This document shows, one piece after another, positions 48,601-61,916 of a stretch of DNA of 64,000 bases. A program made the translations under genes and the position numbers. The notes beneath the pieces were generated by a model that worked only from the letters and a program-made list of their open reading frames with translations, did no database searches and was not told the origin of the DNA. The DNA is from Lama guanicoe (lineage: Eukaryota): NCBI GenBank assembly GCA_013239625.1, contig MU057352.1, positions 31,565,277 through 31,629,276 on the forward strand, written 5' to 3'. Position 1 is the stretch's first letter. Each line of letters begins with the position of its first letter.

Positions 48601-51600
48601 CTGCAACTTCAGCCGCTGGGATAAAGACCAACACCCAGCATCTCAACAGGCTTTCCTGGGTCCCAGCACCTCAAAGGCCTCTGCTTACTGCTCCAAGCTC
48701 TGAGCCAACGCCTCCTGCCCTGGCAGGACCTTGCCTGGGCTGCAATGTAGACAGTTCCCCACGTCTGCTCAACCTCCTCTAAAGCATCGCTGAATCCCCA
48801 CTTTGGGAAGACAGGCGCTTTTCTGCAGAAGGACCCACTTCAGAAGACTGGACACACTCCCAGTGTGTAAATCCCACCCAAGCAGCCTGCCTCAAACAGA
48901 CGGGTCTTCAAGACTCCTGGGAGGTCTGCACCCTCTCAGCGCACACCTGCTCCCGCCTTCATGGAAGACGTCTCCTGAGGAGGTGCACGCCCCGCTCAGG
49001 GAGACACCTCCCCAGAAACAAGACCAATGAGGTGAGAAGGGGAGGTGAAGCCCAGACGCCCTGTGGAGGCCCACGACAGAGGCTGGCACAAAGGCCTGAA
49101 GGCGCGGAGCAAGGAGAAGGAAAGTGCACGGGTTTGCACACACTTCCTGAGGCCTACTCCCAATGGGGAGGCTCTGCACGCCCTGGAGGTACGCAAACAC
49201 AAGATTTTAGTGTTTCCCCAGACAATCCCTGAAGATGAGAGAGCACGAGTTTTAGCAACAACTCCAGATGAAGCATCCGCGATGCTTCTAGGACCAGTGA
49301 GGGTGCTTTTTGCCCTCTGACATCAGTCTACCAGCTGAGTGTCCACAAGACACTGCTTCGCAGGACACACCCAAGGCCAGCAGCATGAAGGGGCAGGGCA
49401 GGGGGGCACGTGGAAGGAGGGCGATGGGCGGCGGGCTCTGGGCCCATGGAGTCCCTGGGGGCTCCCCCCTGACACTATGTACACGGCTCGGGGGTGACAA
49501 CATGCTGGCTTAGGTGAGCTAATACCCACTAGGGGGCCCCAATCGGGCCCACCCTCCTGGGCTTCTCCTGGGCAGGAGCTGCCTCAAAGGCACAGGGGAG
49601 GCAGGCCTGGCTGCAGCCCTTTGGGAGCCCCTGCACTGGGTCTCCAACATCTCCCCCGGGGGAGGCGGGGGCCTGAGCTCATGGGCCCTCTTGCTTCCAA
49701 TTCCGTGCTAGAAAGACGGGATCAGGACGAGGCGAGGAGGAACCACAGCGCCTGCGCAGTGGTGGTCTCCACGTGCACGCACTGGAAACAGGCCAAGGAG
49801 GGCGCAGTAAGCACTTACCTCACTGCGCCTTTAAATACATCCCCTACCTAAACCATCTTAAATCCTTTCCAGAAGAAGGTGAGTGTAAGCAGAGTTACGC
49901 CCAAAGCCCATCGAGGTACAAGGGACACAGTAACCTGCATCGTCTGCACTGTCCCCAGAAGCCTGACCACGACCCCTGACCCCAGGGAGCAGTCCGTCTC
50001 CCATCTTCCATCTCCGCAGTCTGCCAGGAGACCGTCCCGCGGCCCTCTTACCCACAGACCTCCCCACAACACCGCCGTCTTCTGTCTCAGGCACACCTTC
50101 CCCCAACAAAACAGAAGAATCCAACCCTCCCAAACCACCTACACCCGCGTGAAGGCAGCCAAAGTAATGCAACCATCCCGTCTGCTGCAGGGGGTGGGGT
50201 GTCCTTCACCATCTGCCGAGGGGCTCTGCCTTCAGTCTCTCTGTGGGCACTATGAATGTCAAAGGCACGGCAGACCAGGACCCGAGGCCGCTGACCCTAA
50301 GGAAGCTGTTGACCTCTCCAGGCCGGGAGCACAAGGCAGGGTGTGAGCACTGGCCCTCCTCTCCCACTTCCCCAAGCTCCGATCCGACCATTTAAGACCA
50401 CGCACCAAGGGCACCCTCATCACAGGAGACAGGCCTGCAGGGCGGCAGGAAGCCTGTAATAGACACATTATAAACTCAGCACACCTCACTCTCCCTTCAA
50501 GACTAATTTTAACAGGGAGAAGACATAACCGCAGCTACAAACCTTCCCTTGCGGATATAATTTACAGCATCATGACTCAGCGGCCCTGACGGCCTGACAG
50601 GTGAGATCACCTGGCTGCGTAATGGCATAGTCATGAGGGAGCCGCATCTGGCAGGGGAAGGAGAGCAGCTTTAGCACCCAATCCCCGCCCCAGGGACCAC
50701 CCTCCCGGGCTTCCCTCCCCCAACGCCCTCTGAGCCCCTCCACCTGCCTGGCCCCCCTGTTAACCCTTCACAGCACGCCCGCAGTTCCCGTTTCCTCCTG
50801 GGGAGCATTTCCACGGTCACGATGGCCCAGCTGGCTGAACCACCAATTAAACACAGTTGACTACAAATAGAAAAATTATGTATTCGGTTAAAGAGGTTAT
50901 TTCTTTGGGGCATCTGGTAAGTCTATCAAGAAAAAAATTCAGGCCATAAAAGGGTCACTGTACCACCTCTCACCACACCACCTCCTCCAGGGCTGCAGCC
51001 AGTGCAGCAGGCTCCTCGATGGGCCGAAGGCCACTGGGCTGGGGGCTCAGGCAGGCAGCCAGGGGGACCCTAAGCAGCCCCAGCACCTGCAGGCACCAGT
51101 GGACCACTGGCCCTAGGCCTTCCAGGGCACAGTCCCTGAGGGAGCCCCACGTGGGGACGAGCTGGGGGGCCCCCCGCTCTCACATTGCTCCCATCCACTC
51201 TGGGTCCCGCCGGGGCCCCTTCCAGGCTGCTTCCAGAATTCTAACCCTCCCAACTGGACCTCAGCCTCTGCTTCTAAGCAGGCCAGCCACTACCTTGCCC
51301 CAACTCTAAGCCAGTCTCCCAACCCCAGCACCAGGGACCCAGCCCCCACACACAAGGAACCCACAGGCAGTGAGGACGGCCACCAGAACCACCTGCTCTC
51401 GTGGCATCTCCTTCTGTTCACAACCCTCCCAGATTCCACGGCCCTTGCCAGACAGGCAGCCAAACGTGCTGCCCTGGCCCAGCGGTCAGCACCCCTGCCA
51501 GCCTCGCCCAGAGCTGCCTCCCTCTGCCCCAGCCCGGCCCAGCCCGAAACGCTTGCAGGTTGAGGTGCTGGCTCTACCCCACCACGAAGGCACGCACTCC

Positions 51601-51789
51601 AGCATCCAACACAGGATGCACTGCCCCCATCGGGGAGGTCCGATTTCCCCCACTGGAGCTCACCACTCCCTCTCGGGAACTGCAGCATCTCTGTGTAGTA
51701 CTGAATCTTTAGCTGCTCCATGTGGGTGTGTAATTGTAGCCGAAACTCTGAAAGTACTTCCTGTGAGCCAATGACTATTCTAGCTGCTG

Positions 51790-51900
51790 TGCATATATTA
51801 ACTCACTCACACCTTGTAACAGTCCACTACGGTGAATACTAGTTTTAGCCCCAATTTACAGATGAGAAAACTGAGGCCCTAGGCCACTTGCTCGGAAGAT
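51790..51900 (-). mobile_element. MIR SINE
   Basis: ccccaatttacagatgagaaaactgaggc core. Confidence 0.65.
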
Positions 51901-52979
51901 GCAGGATTAGAAGTGCTGGGCCCGCGGTGCTGCCTCCCTGCGCTGGCGAGAGACCGGGGAGAGGCAGGAGCCTGCAACCTCCTTGTCCAAAGAGGTCAGG
52001 CAGGCAGCTGGACACAAGCATCTAGAACTCTTGCTCACGAGGCAGACGGGCAGCAGGTGCACGCCCGCTGTGGAAATGTGGCCTGTGAAGGAGCAGAGCC
52101 CCAGGCGGCTGCGGGGGGGTGGGGGTGGGAGCAAGAGATGGCTGTGCTTGTTCCTTTCAAGGAAGAAATTAAAACCAGGTCTCATCAAAATTCTCAGGTA
52201 CCACAACCTTTACTTCACCCTTCACACACAACAGACAACCACTAGAGTGACACTTGCAATCCCAGGGATGTGACTGGACCCGTGGCTTCCTACTCAGGTC
52301 GGACTAATTGCTAGGGCTGCAGACGGGGTGACAGACGCTGAGAAGCACCACAGCTGGAGGGCTCTCTGCACCTGAAGAGCACGGCGACACCATTCTGTGA
52401 GTGGGTGGGACGCTGGGTTCTTCTCGGCTTAGAGGAGCGGGGCAGGAAAGGATCTCACATCCTGTCCAGAGAGGAACTCAGTGGCCCCCAACCAGACCCG
52501 TGGGGCCCCAGGGGCCGCTGCCTCTGCAGAGGGACCTGGAGGAAGTCCTTGGCCCTCCTGCTCGCCCAGGGAAACAGACTCGGGGCAAAGCAGGCCCTCT
52601 GCCGACCTCCCACTCCTGAGTCAGGAGTCAGCCAAGCACCCTTCTGCCCAGCCGGCCCAGGGGACGCCTGGCACTGCAGCTTCAGGCCCTCCACCACAGC
52701 CCTGCAAGACACGCTGTCCCTCACGTCATCAGTGGAAGTGAGCTGGTGAGGAACGGACAGCTAGACACGACATCCCCCCAAAGAACATTCAGTAAGTGAA
52801 ATACGCATCATGGTACAAGACTGCGTTAGCCGCCTTGCATGTGTGTAACTGCGAGTATCACATGTGGTATGTCACACTTTGTAGTCAAGTAGACATTATA
52901 TATGACTTACTATAACATAACACACATACATATGACAGACTCCATCACACTACAACACTATGCCATATATAAATGAATA

Positions 52980-53118
52980 CACTGGTCTCTCGGTATCTGT
53001 GAGGGACTGGTTCCGGCACTCCCCACGGGCACTCCGGTCCTTATTCTATAAAACTGCATTATATAGTCGGCTCTCTGTATCCCAGATGCAGAACCTGCAG
53101 ATGTGAAGGGCCGACTGT
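52980..53118. mobile_element. Short Tigger-family MITE (MER2-related)
   Basis: TA|CACTGGTCTCTCGGTATCTGTG...GCAGATGTGAAGGGCCGACTG|TA terminal inverted repeats. Confidence 0.65.
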
Positions 53119-56100
53119 ATATTTTAAAGCCAGGGCATCTACAGGCCGCGGTACACATCTGGCTCTGGGGTTAACTACACAGAGGCGCAGCGCAGACAGC
53201 GGCCTAATCCAGCGGCCCCTCCTCAGCACTTCTTGGCACTGACACCAAGGTGCCTTGAGCTGCAGCTGCAAGCCTGACCCTTCCACCTCTGCTCGGCTAG
53301 GGCCAGGAACTCTACCTGCCACCCCGAGTCTGACCTCAGTGTGACACTGCTCAATTCTTTTCGACAACCTTGACACTCCGAGGCTCTCACTGCTAATTTT
53401 AACTACCCCACATTCTCCACAAAGTAAACTGGAGCATCCCAAAGTCACCGTCACGACAGCATCCCACTGCCACCCTAGCCGGCACTCTGCCCTCGGCTTC
53501 TAGACTCTCCAGCCCTGAGACAGATGCCCCACCACGGTCACAACAGCCAGGAAGCACCACGGGTCACCGCCCTCCAGCCCAGCCCAGCCCCTCCCAGAGC
53601 TGCTGGATGACAGGCTTACGCAGGATTCCAGAGACAGACCAGGCGGTCCACCCTGCGGGGTTGCAGCCTGGCTCCAGACAGGGCTCCTCAGACAGGGACC
53701 CGAGGACTGTCCCCAGAGGTGTTAGGAGACCCACGAATACTTCCTAGAGGACACACAAAGTGGTGTCTCTGCATTTTTGTGAGAAAGAGGTCCAGAGTCT
53801 TCACCACATTTCCAAAGGAATACACGCCCCCCAGAAGGTGGAGAACCACTCGGGGAAACGGGCGGAGGGAAGTGCACACAGTCACACAAGTGGCCAAAGG
53901 GAGTCTTGCTGTGACACGGCTGTTACATCACCTTTTCATAATTTTTCAAAGTCAGTCCTTCCTTTTGTAATTTCCTGTAGAATTTTGTTGAGCAATTTAG
54001 GTTCAAACAAACAAAAAAGGCAGATAGGAACAAAGAAAAGCAGCAAGATGGATTCTAAATTTAGGAAAAACTCCAAGGGCCAGCCCAGAGCATTACAGAG
54101 CTGAGAATTTTCTGGACCTCAAACACACACACCTCGTGACATCAGACAGCAAAGATCAAACCACAGTTTCTAGAACTGACCCTAAAGGAAAGGACTCAAG
54201 CACACACCGCTACGAGTAAAGGCCTGCCACTCTGTCAGAGGAAGTGGAGCCAGCCAGCCAAGCCCTGGCGTCTGCAGCGGAGTCCCAGATGAACGTGACT
54301 TACTCGGCTTGCTGGGGTGACAATGGGCTTGTTTTGAACCTTCTGTGTATTGCATTAGTGCATTCATTTTGAAAAGTAACCCAGGACAAACCCAGCGGGG
54401 GAAAGACTGAGTGAGAGAAAACAGGTCAGCAAAACACTGGTCTCATGTTTCATAACCAAACACGAGCCGCCCTCCACATAATACCTTAATCTGATCCGCA
54501 CACAGAGTTCACATGAGGGGTTCAGGAATCAATCGCCTGTCTCCCTCAGACCACCTCGCCCGGCTCCGGAGCTGTCTGCCAGGTGCTGGGGCCACAGCTC
54601 AGACCCTGATCCAGCCAAGGCCTCATCCAAGCTCCCCCTGCACACCCGGCGCACGCGCACTGCGGCTCCCCAGGTAGCTCCAGGGCTGCCCTGCCGAAAA
54701 CGAAACCCACCTGCAGCCCCGGAAAATGAGAACGCGGCCGTCACCCGCGGGGCTCGAACACACACTGAGCAAGGTCACGCCTGGATCCTGGGCCCTGGCG
54801 CCTGCCCAGCCTGGGCTTCCCAGCTACACTGCCAAGACCCCAAGTTACCTTAACCCACAGCCGTCGGCTCCCACCAAACAGGGAGCCGCGCCAGGCAGCA
54901 GGAAGGCCAGGACCACGCGCAGGTGCACTGCGCCCAGGGGCCGAGCAGCAGAAGCGGGGGCTTTGGGCTCCTGAGCTCCCAACCTGACAGGTCACCATCA
55001 GTGGACCAGGCCCCTCCATGGAAGACCACCCTGTCTCCCGCAGACCCTCTCTTGAGTGGTTCTGGTCACTGTTCCTCCCTGTGCCCCTGGGGCCGGGCTC
55101 GGAAGGCTCCCAGCAGCAGGCGAGCCCTGCAGGGCGTTACCCCCACTGTTGGTGTCCCTTAGCCCCGCCCACCCCTCTGTATGGGCCTTTCTAAACCCCC
55201 TGGCTCTGCTGAGGATGCCATCTGCTTCCTGCCAACAACAAGACAGAACAGATACAACAGCACACCACCCCCACCCCACAACACTGACACACACGCAGTC
55301 ACCACGGGGCGTGGAAACCCGCAACCCCTACTGGAGGATGAGGGAGGGCTCAGATGTTCTCCATCAATGTGTTACCACATCAAGACAAAACCTGCCGCTC
55401 TGGAAACTGACCCCCAGCTGCAAGACAGTAAGTAGGCTGTGTAAGCAGATTCCAGACGAGAAGCCTGTGTGCCCTCAGGGCCCAAACTAACCGGGAATCA
55501 TCGGAAATGGGTATCAGACACCCACAAGCGTGGAGTCACTCAGGCCAGTGCAAGGAAAATGGAACCTAAAGGCAGCTCCGAACAAACTGGATGTGCAAGC
55601 CCCGTTCAGTGTAAATTAGCAATTCACCATGAAGACAGCAGTTTACTCACACCACACACACAGCGTGGGGAAAACGCATCGTGCTCCACAGAGTGCTCCC
55701 CCTGGGCTTGGCTCCCAGCATTGTGGGGAGGGGCGGTTGTGCTTAGAAATGAATGCAGCGTGTATAAAACGTCCTGCAGTGAGAACATAACGCAAATCTA
55801 GACAAGATCTTTCTGGGGTGAAATCTGCAAAAGAAAAAGTGAGAAAGAAAGATCTGAAACAAAGGCTGAGGATTCCTGGTTTAGGGCTCAAGACCAGCTC
55901 ACGGTAAAAATAAGAAGGGGCCAGGCCAGACTCTGACCAGGAGGGTCCTGGGCCCAGGGGCCAGGGTCTCGGGCGGCAACCCCTCCCCTGCACGCTGTGC
56001 TGGAAAGCTAGGACGGTGTTCCAGCAGGGCCAGAGGGCACGGGCCTGCCTCCACCCTTGAAAACAGGCAGTGAACAGAGGTCCGGGGTCGCTGGACACAG

Positions 56101-57729
56101 GTCTTGTCCGCCCACTGCAAGGGCATGGACCTGTCTGCCTTTGCCTGCTGTCAACTCCCGCATCGGCCCCGTGCCCGGGCCGCAGTAAGAGCTCATGGAT
56201 GCTGGCTGAGTAAGCGGGGGGAGAGGGCAGTGCAGGGAGTTGGGGGACAGCACCAATCAGAGCCTGTTCTGGAATGCCCGGGCCTGAGGGGCAGCAGAGG
56301 AAAGCGGGGCAGGGCTCAGCACAGGCAGGACACAAGGTCCCTGCTGGTCCAAGCCAGGACCCACGGAGCCCCAGGGGGCTTCTCTGGCCAAGGGCTCATT
56401 AGCACTGGTCCTCGCAGTGACCAGCCGTAACTCTAGAACTGCCGTTGTGGGGACAGTGGTGGCGTGACAGGTACCTACTGACCACAAGCCGGCATCAACT
56501 ATGATCCCAAGAGACACCACATGGCACACACAAGGTTAACAGGGACTGTCCCTCAGGCCCTGGCTCAGACAAGGGCAGGTTAGCCTGGGGAACAGAACCA
56601 CTCAAGGGCCCCACCTGGACCCGCTTCAGACTCTGAGGACAGGCAGGTGTCCAGGGGACACCAGGCACTCCCCCAGGCTGGGCAGCATGGACAAGAGTTG
56701 ACTCCCAGGTCAGCATTTACCGGGCACCTCCCGGGGGCTGGCCTGCACCTGGGCTACCTCACTTCATCCTCCAGGGCACCCCAGCAGCTGGGTTCACAGG
56801 TGAGGACCATGACCCGCGAGCAGCAGCGAGGACCCAGTCACCCCCCCCCACCCAGAGCAGGGCACAGACCTTCCAGGTGGGCTTCAGGAGGGCCCCAAGC
56901 CTAGAGGTCGGTCTTCTGCTCCAAGGCGCTGGCTCCCAGCAAGGGAGGCGGGCCGCGCCACACACAACAGGTGCAAGCGAGCCACAGAAGCCAGTGGGGA
57001 GGCAGCCCTCGGGCAGCGAGGCCCAGCGCGACCAGGGGGTGTGGATTGGCTGTGGAGGGCCCTCGGGAGCTCCCAGGGCTTCCAGACAGTTCCAAGTTCC
57101 CCGGTCCATGCCCCACACCTGTTTCCAGATGGAGCCCCTGAGGCTCACAGAGGTTAACTAGTGGGTCCCAAGTCACAGAGCCCTAGGGCAGGCAGCGGGT
57201 CCCAGCCTCTGCGGGACCTCCCTGCTCCCGGCCTGGGCTTCCTTACCTGCTATCAGCTGGCAGGTACGGCCCAGGCTGGTGCTCAGCCAGAATTCCCAGA
57301 GTCACCAACTTCCAGTTAGGTGAGCCGCGCCAGTCACTCAGTCTCGTTAATATAGATAAGGATATCTCACTTTAAAAATGAGAATAACCATTCATCAAGG
57401 GTTGTTTTAAGCTTAAATGTTATCAGAAGCTCGGTGTGCAGGGCACGGACCTCAACCACGGACAGGTCTGACGGGGTGGCTTCTCCAGCCCCCCCCCACC
57501 TGCTACTGTGCAATGGAAACCAAGGCAGGGAGCACCCAGCTTCCCTTGGGGACCCCCGGTGGGGGCAGGCTTCAATCACGCAGCTGCAACTTCCCGGTCT
57601 GAGCTCCTGAGCTGCCCCCAGGAGCCCCCGCCGCAGCGAGGGCTCGCAGGGACCCTGAGGAGAGGAGCTGTCAGGCCGCACGCAAATGCGCTCAAGCTGC
57701 ATCCACCCGGACGTGTCCGATGTACACAC

Positions 57730-57781
57730 TGCTGAAGGCAGCTCCTTCCCGCCAACACAGTGCTGAAGGCAGCTCCTTCCC
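57730..57781. repeat. Short direct repeat (21-bp identical core, period 31)
   Basis: tgctgaaggcagctccttccc at 57730 and 57761. Confidence 0.9.
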
Positions 57782-57826
57782 ACTGACCAGGCCGCAGCAG
57801 CAGGGCAGTCAGGACCCAGAAAAGCC

Positions 57827-58146
57827 ATGCGCAGCACAGTGTGTTTCTAAGCTGAAAGGATCTGAGAAGCTCGAGGGCACCACACCACCCAGCATGTGTC
57901 CAGCGCCCACCCCAGTCTGGCCTTGTCCCCCCCGCCCCGCTCTGGCACAGAGCCCCTGCCCCCCTCAGCTGTCCTGGCGGTTGTGAATGCGCAGCACAGT
58001 GTGTTTCTAAGCTGAAAGGATCTGAGAAGCTCGAGGGCACCACACCACCCAGCATGTGTCCAGCGCCCACCCCAGTCTGGCCTTGTCCCCCCCGCCCCTC
58101 CCTGGCACAGAGCCCCTGCCCCCCTCAGCTGTCCTGGCGGTTGTGA
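57827..58146. repeat. Tandem duplication, 2 x 160 bp, 2 mismatches
   Basis: Unit atgcgcagcacagt...ggcggttgtga starts at 57827 and 57987; copies differ only at ccccgctct vs cccctccct. Confidence 0.97.
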
Positions 58147-59804
58147 TCTGGCAAGGCCACTGCCCAAGTTCAGTGGTGTCTTGAACCTGGCAGCAACCCA
58201 GGCAGGGTCGTCATTCATCAAAATAAATGTGGTTGAAGGTGTGTCCCTCCTCCACCATCCAAAGCAGCAGCCACATCTTCAGACCTTGACAGTCAGGCTT
58301 TACTTCTGCCCAAGCCAGTGATAAAAGCCTCCACTGCCAAGAAGCCCTCCCTGAATACGCTCACCTGAATATGGTAATAATTCTTCTGTGTGTCCCACGA
58401 GCACTGCACCATCACCCTTGTTTGTGTCTTATTCTTCAGCTGGCACCTCTGCTTAGGCTAAAACTGCTTTTGCATCTCCCACTGTCCCTTATACATTTTC
58501 CAGCAGAGATATTCAACCAGGAGATAAAATTCCAGGCGGATTTCCTAAGGTCTCTGGGCCTCAGTTTTCTCAACTATAAAATGGGGATACCGCTCCTTCT
58601 GTGTAGACAGTTGGCAAATTCAGGCATGAACTCTGAATCTAGGTGGCCCTTCACAGAAAACCTGGCTCATGTACATACAGGTGCCTGATACAGGTCTGGG
58701 GGATTCCTGGGGGCTGTGAGGACCCTGTAAACACTCAGAGATGATGGATGTCACCTGGGCACACCAACGCTCACAGTGTCAGGACCCCTGGTCCTAACGG
58801 CCACTCCATTCATCAGAGCTACTGACGGAAGTCTCCACCCTGCTCACACAGGGGCCTCAGGAAGCTCAGAAACTGCTCCTTTCAGATCCTTCCTTGCACA
58901 ACCCATGCATTTTAGGAAGTATGAATCCCCAGCTGCCCCTGCCCCTGTTGTTAAAGTCAAGTGCACCCAGGACTCCCAGCCTGTAGAGCAGCAGGAACTC
59001 CCCTCCAGCCCCCACAGCGAGCCCCCTGGCAGGGGCCCTGGCAGGGCCGTGAAGAGGCGGCCTGGGACCCCAGGCCACGTCTGAAGTGCTCCGAGCCCAG
59101 CAGAACCATGCAGGCAGGGATAAATCCCCAGATGGACAAGGGTCTGAGCGGCCACAAGGAAACCCATATCATCATGGTTAAAACTATCTCCCCAAACCAT
59201 ACGGGAGCCAGGCAGAAACCACGGCCTGCGTTCACCTGGCTTCCAGACCCTCCCACAGACCCACGGAACTGAATCGAAAGCCTATCTGAACTTCACAACC
59301 ATGAACAGATGTCGTCCACAGGACTCTTATCAGCACACGGCCTCTCTGCAGAAGTCACTCCAACAGTCAGGGATAGACCAAGGACCGATAACAGGCGGCG
59401 ACACTGCCCGTCACCAAGAGCCTGGCCCGCGGTGCCCCGTCACCTGCATCGCCGTGACGCCCCATGACGCTTCTGTCCTTTCTCAGTTTTGAATCGTCAG
59501 TGTAATGGTCACCAGCCAGTTCACTTGTTGGAAAAACGGTCCCAGTTTTACTTTGCATTCAGCTAATGTGAAAAGCTGTTTCATTCTGTGAAAACTTACC
59601 AACATCATGACACAGTCACAGCACTGGAGAAAGTCATGATCCCCGAAGTTCAGAAACACATGTATTCTCGCCACACAGTGACCCCAGCTTTCCATCCAGA
59701 TGGAGGGAGGCGGCCCACAGCCCCAGGGCTGACGGCGGCCCACAGGAGACCCAAGGCCTCAGGCCCAGCACCCCCGCAGGCGAGCTCCAGGGCGAGCTCC
59801 CAGG

Positions 59805-59905
59805 CTCGGCCACTTACTGTGTGGCTCTGGCCAAGCTGTTTAACCTCTCTGTGCCTCTTTTTCCTCTCTGTAAAATGCAGCACAGCCTTCCCCGGGCTGT
59901 TAGAG
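59805..59905 (+). mobile_element. MIR SINE
   Basis: ccacttactgtgtggctctggccaagctgtttaacctctctgtgcctc...ctgtaaaatg. Confidence 0.7.
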
Positions 59906-61732
59906 AATGAGCCGACTGCTCTGCACAGCCCCAGCCCTCTATCAGTTATTTCTCAGGGCCTGCGAAGGGCCAGGAACAAATACTCATTATGTTCCCCAGG
60001 TTCTCACACAGACATTGAAGCTCGGAGCAGTGGGCGGCTTCTGGGCCAAGGTCACAAACCCCGGGATGGGCCAGCCTGGGAGCTGATGCTCCTGGCACAG
60101 CACTGGGCACAACGCTCCTGCTGCAAAATTAAAGGCACAGCCCCGCCCCCCATCCTCTTAAGAATTAAGAACACATCAGACATCTGAGTACTTCAGGGCT
60201 GTGCTGACAGCCATGTTTTAAACAGCCCTGAGCTTCCGTTCCGCTCCCGTCCCACTAGGCTTGTTGAGCCCAGGCCGGTAAATGGGAGAACAAGACAGCC
60301 TCAGCTCCACCTTCCCTCCCCAGCACCACATCACGGCTGCCTTCAAATGGGCACGCAGACCGGCAGAGGCAGCCCTGGCCGTCCCCTGGGAGGACGGGCT
60401 CCATCCAGCAGAGGGTAGTGGTGTGCAGGCCTTGGTGGGGAGGGCCTTCGTCGGCCAAGCTTTTTATGCAGCGGGTTTTACAAAAACAGGCATCAGAAAG
60501 CACTGACGGTTCCTGCAGTATTCCAGCAGGGGTGGCAGTGGCGCGAGCCCACTACTGCAGCCAAGCCCCAGGTGAGGCGGTCATTTCTGGTGACCCCACT
60601 GGGTAGGGTCACCGTGCGCCTCGGCTCCCTGTGAGCAGCCCCAGCCTGTCTCTAAGCCCTTGTTGTAAGAGTCTTAATCCTTGATTTTAGCATCAAGGCC
60701 TGAAATGCCAAGAAAGCACAAACAGGGATTTATGCTTCAAGGATCAACGGAGGTGCCCACTCCAGGGCGCCTCATCCCTCCTCGAGCTGGGGTGCGGTGG
60801 CGGTGGGGGGCAAGGCCATGCTGCCCGGCCACCTCCTCCCCAGTTAGATGCCCCACAGGGTTCCTAGAACGAGATCCTGGGACTAGCTCGCTTATCTCTA
60901 GAAACAAAGGCATTGCCTCACAATCTGGGGAAACACATGGTGTCCCGAGTATTTACAAGTCTGCCTTCAAAGTGAAGCTTTCATAAGTGGACTCTCAATG
61001 GCCAGACCTGGGGACAGAAGACAGGGAAAACTCCAAGAGGACCCATGTTACCAAAATCCAAAGAGCCGGGGGAGCAGCTTGCCTTCGCCCCGACAAAGCG
61101 GATTGAGCAGAGGCCCCTAGTCACCTGGAACCCCCACATGTCATAACTATCCCGTGACACGAAGCCCTAGAGCTCTCAATCCAGAGCACTTTCTGTTTCA
61201 GGGCATGAAGGTGGAACAACGTGTTGTTGTGTCTTAATTACTAAACTTACTTTCATATCAGATTTCAATTGGCTTTTAGGCTACAAATGGTCAATGTTCA
61301 TGCTTCAAGAGCATCTCCAGTTTACCCAAGAGCAGCGCAGCCCAGCACTGCCGAGCAGCTCTGAGCGAGTTCTTGGGAACTGACGCCAACCTCAGCCCAC
61401 CGCCCAGGGAGAGAGAGGCCCCACTCTCACCAACCCGGACCCGCCAGGCTCCTCTGCACCCCCAGGAGCCTCTCACAGCCCAGAGCGGCCCCCACCCCAG
61501 AGACAAGCAGACAACACTCCCCTCCCGGAACACACTCACTGTTGCCTGGAGAAGGGAGACAGGCAGAGCAGGCTTACTGGATTCCTGCGGGGCGGAAACC
61601 TCTTTGGAATCCAAAGCCCAGCCAAGCAGTCTTTTCCGCTTCTAACACCTCTTTCTGGAAAATTAAAATTTAACTCAAAGCACAATTTTACATGCTTACA
61701 TTTTAACCCAATCAAATAAAAATGCATTGCCA

Positions 61733-61916
61733 AAAACAGATAAACAATAAGGTCCAACTGTGTAGCCCAGGGAACTATATCCAATACACTGAAATAGCCT
61801 ATAATGAAATGGCATATGAAAAGGAATATACACATATTTACATGGACACCGGAATCACTGAGCTGTGCACTAGAAGCTAACACAACACTGTACATCAGCT
61901 ACACTTCAATTTAAAA
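61733..61916 (+). mobile_element. Short L1 3'-end insertion with degenerate target-site duplication
   Basis: aaacagataaacaataaggtcc...cagggaactatatccaat...ctacacttcaatttaaaa; flanks aaaaatgcattgcca / aaaacacgcgttgcca. Confidence 0.8.

Noticed and set aside
57730-58146. CRISPR-like repeat array
   Set aside because: Eukaryotic context, only two copies of each unit, no series of unique spacers and no cas genes.
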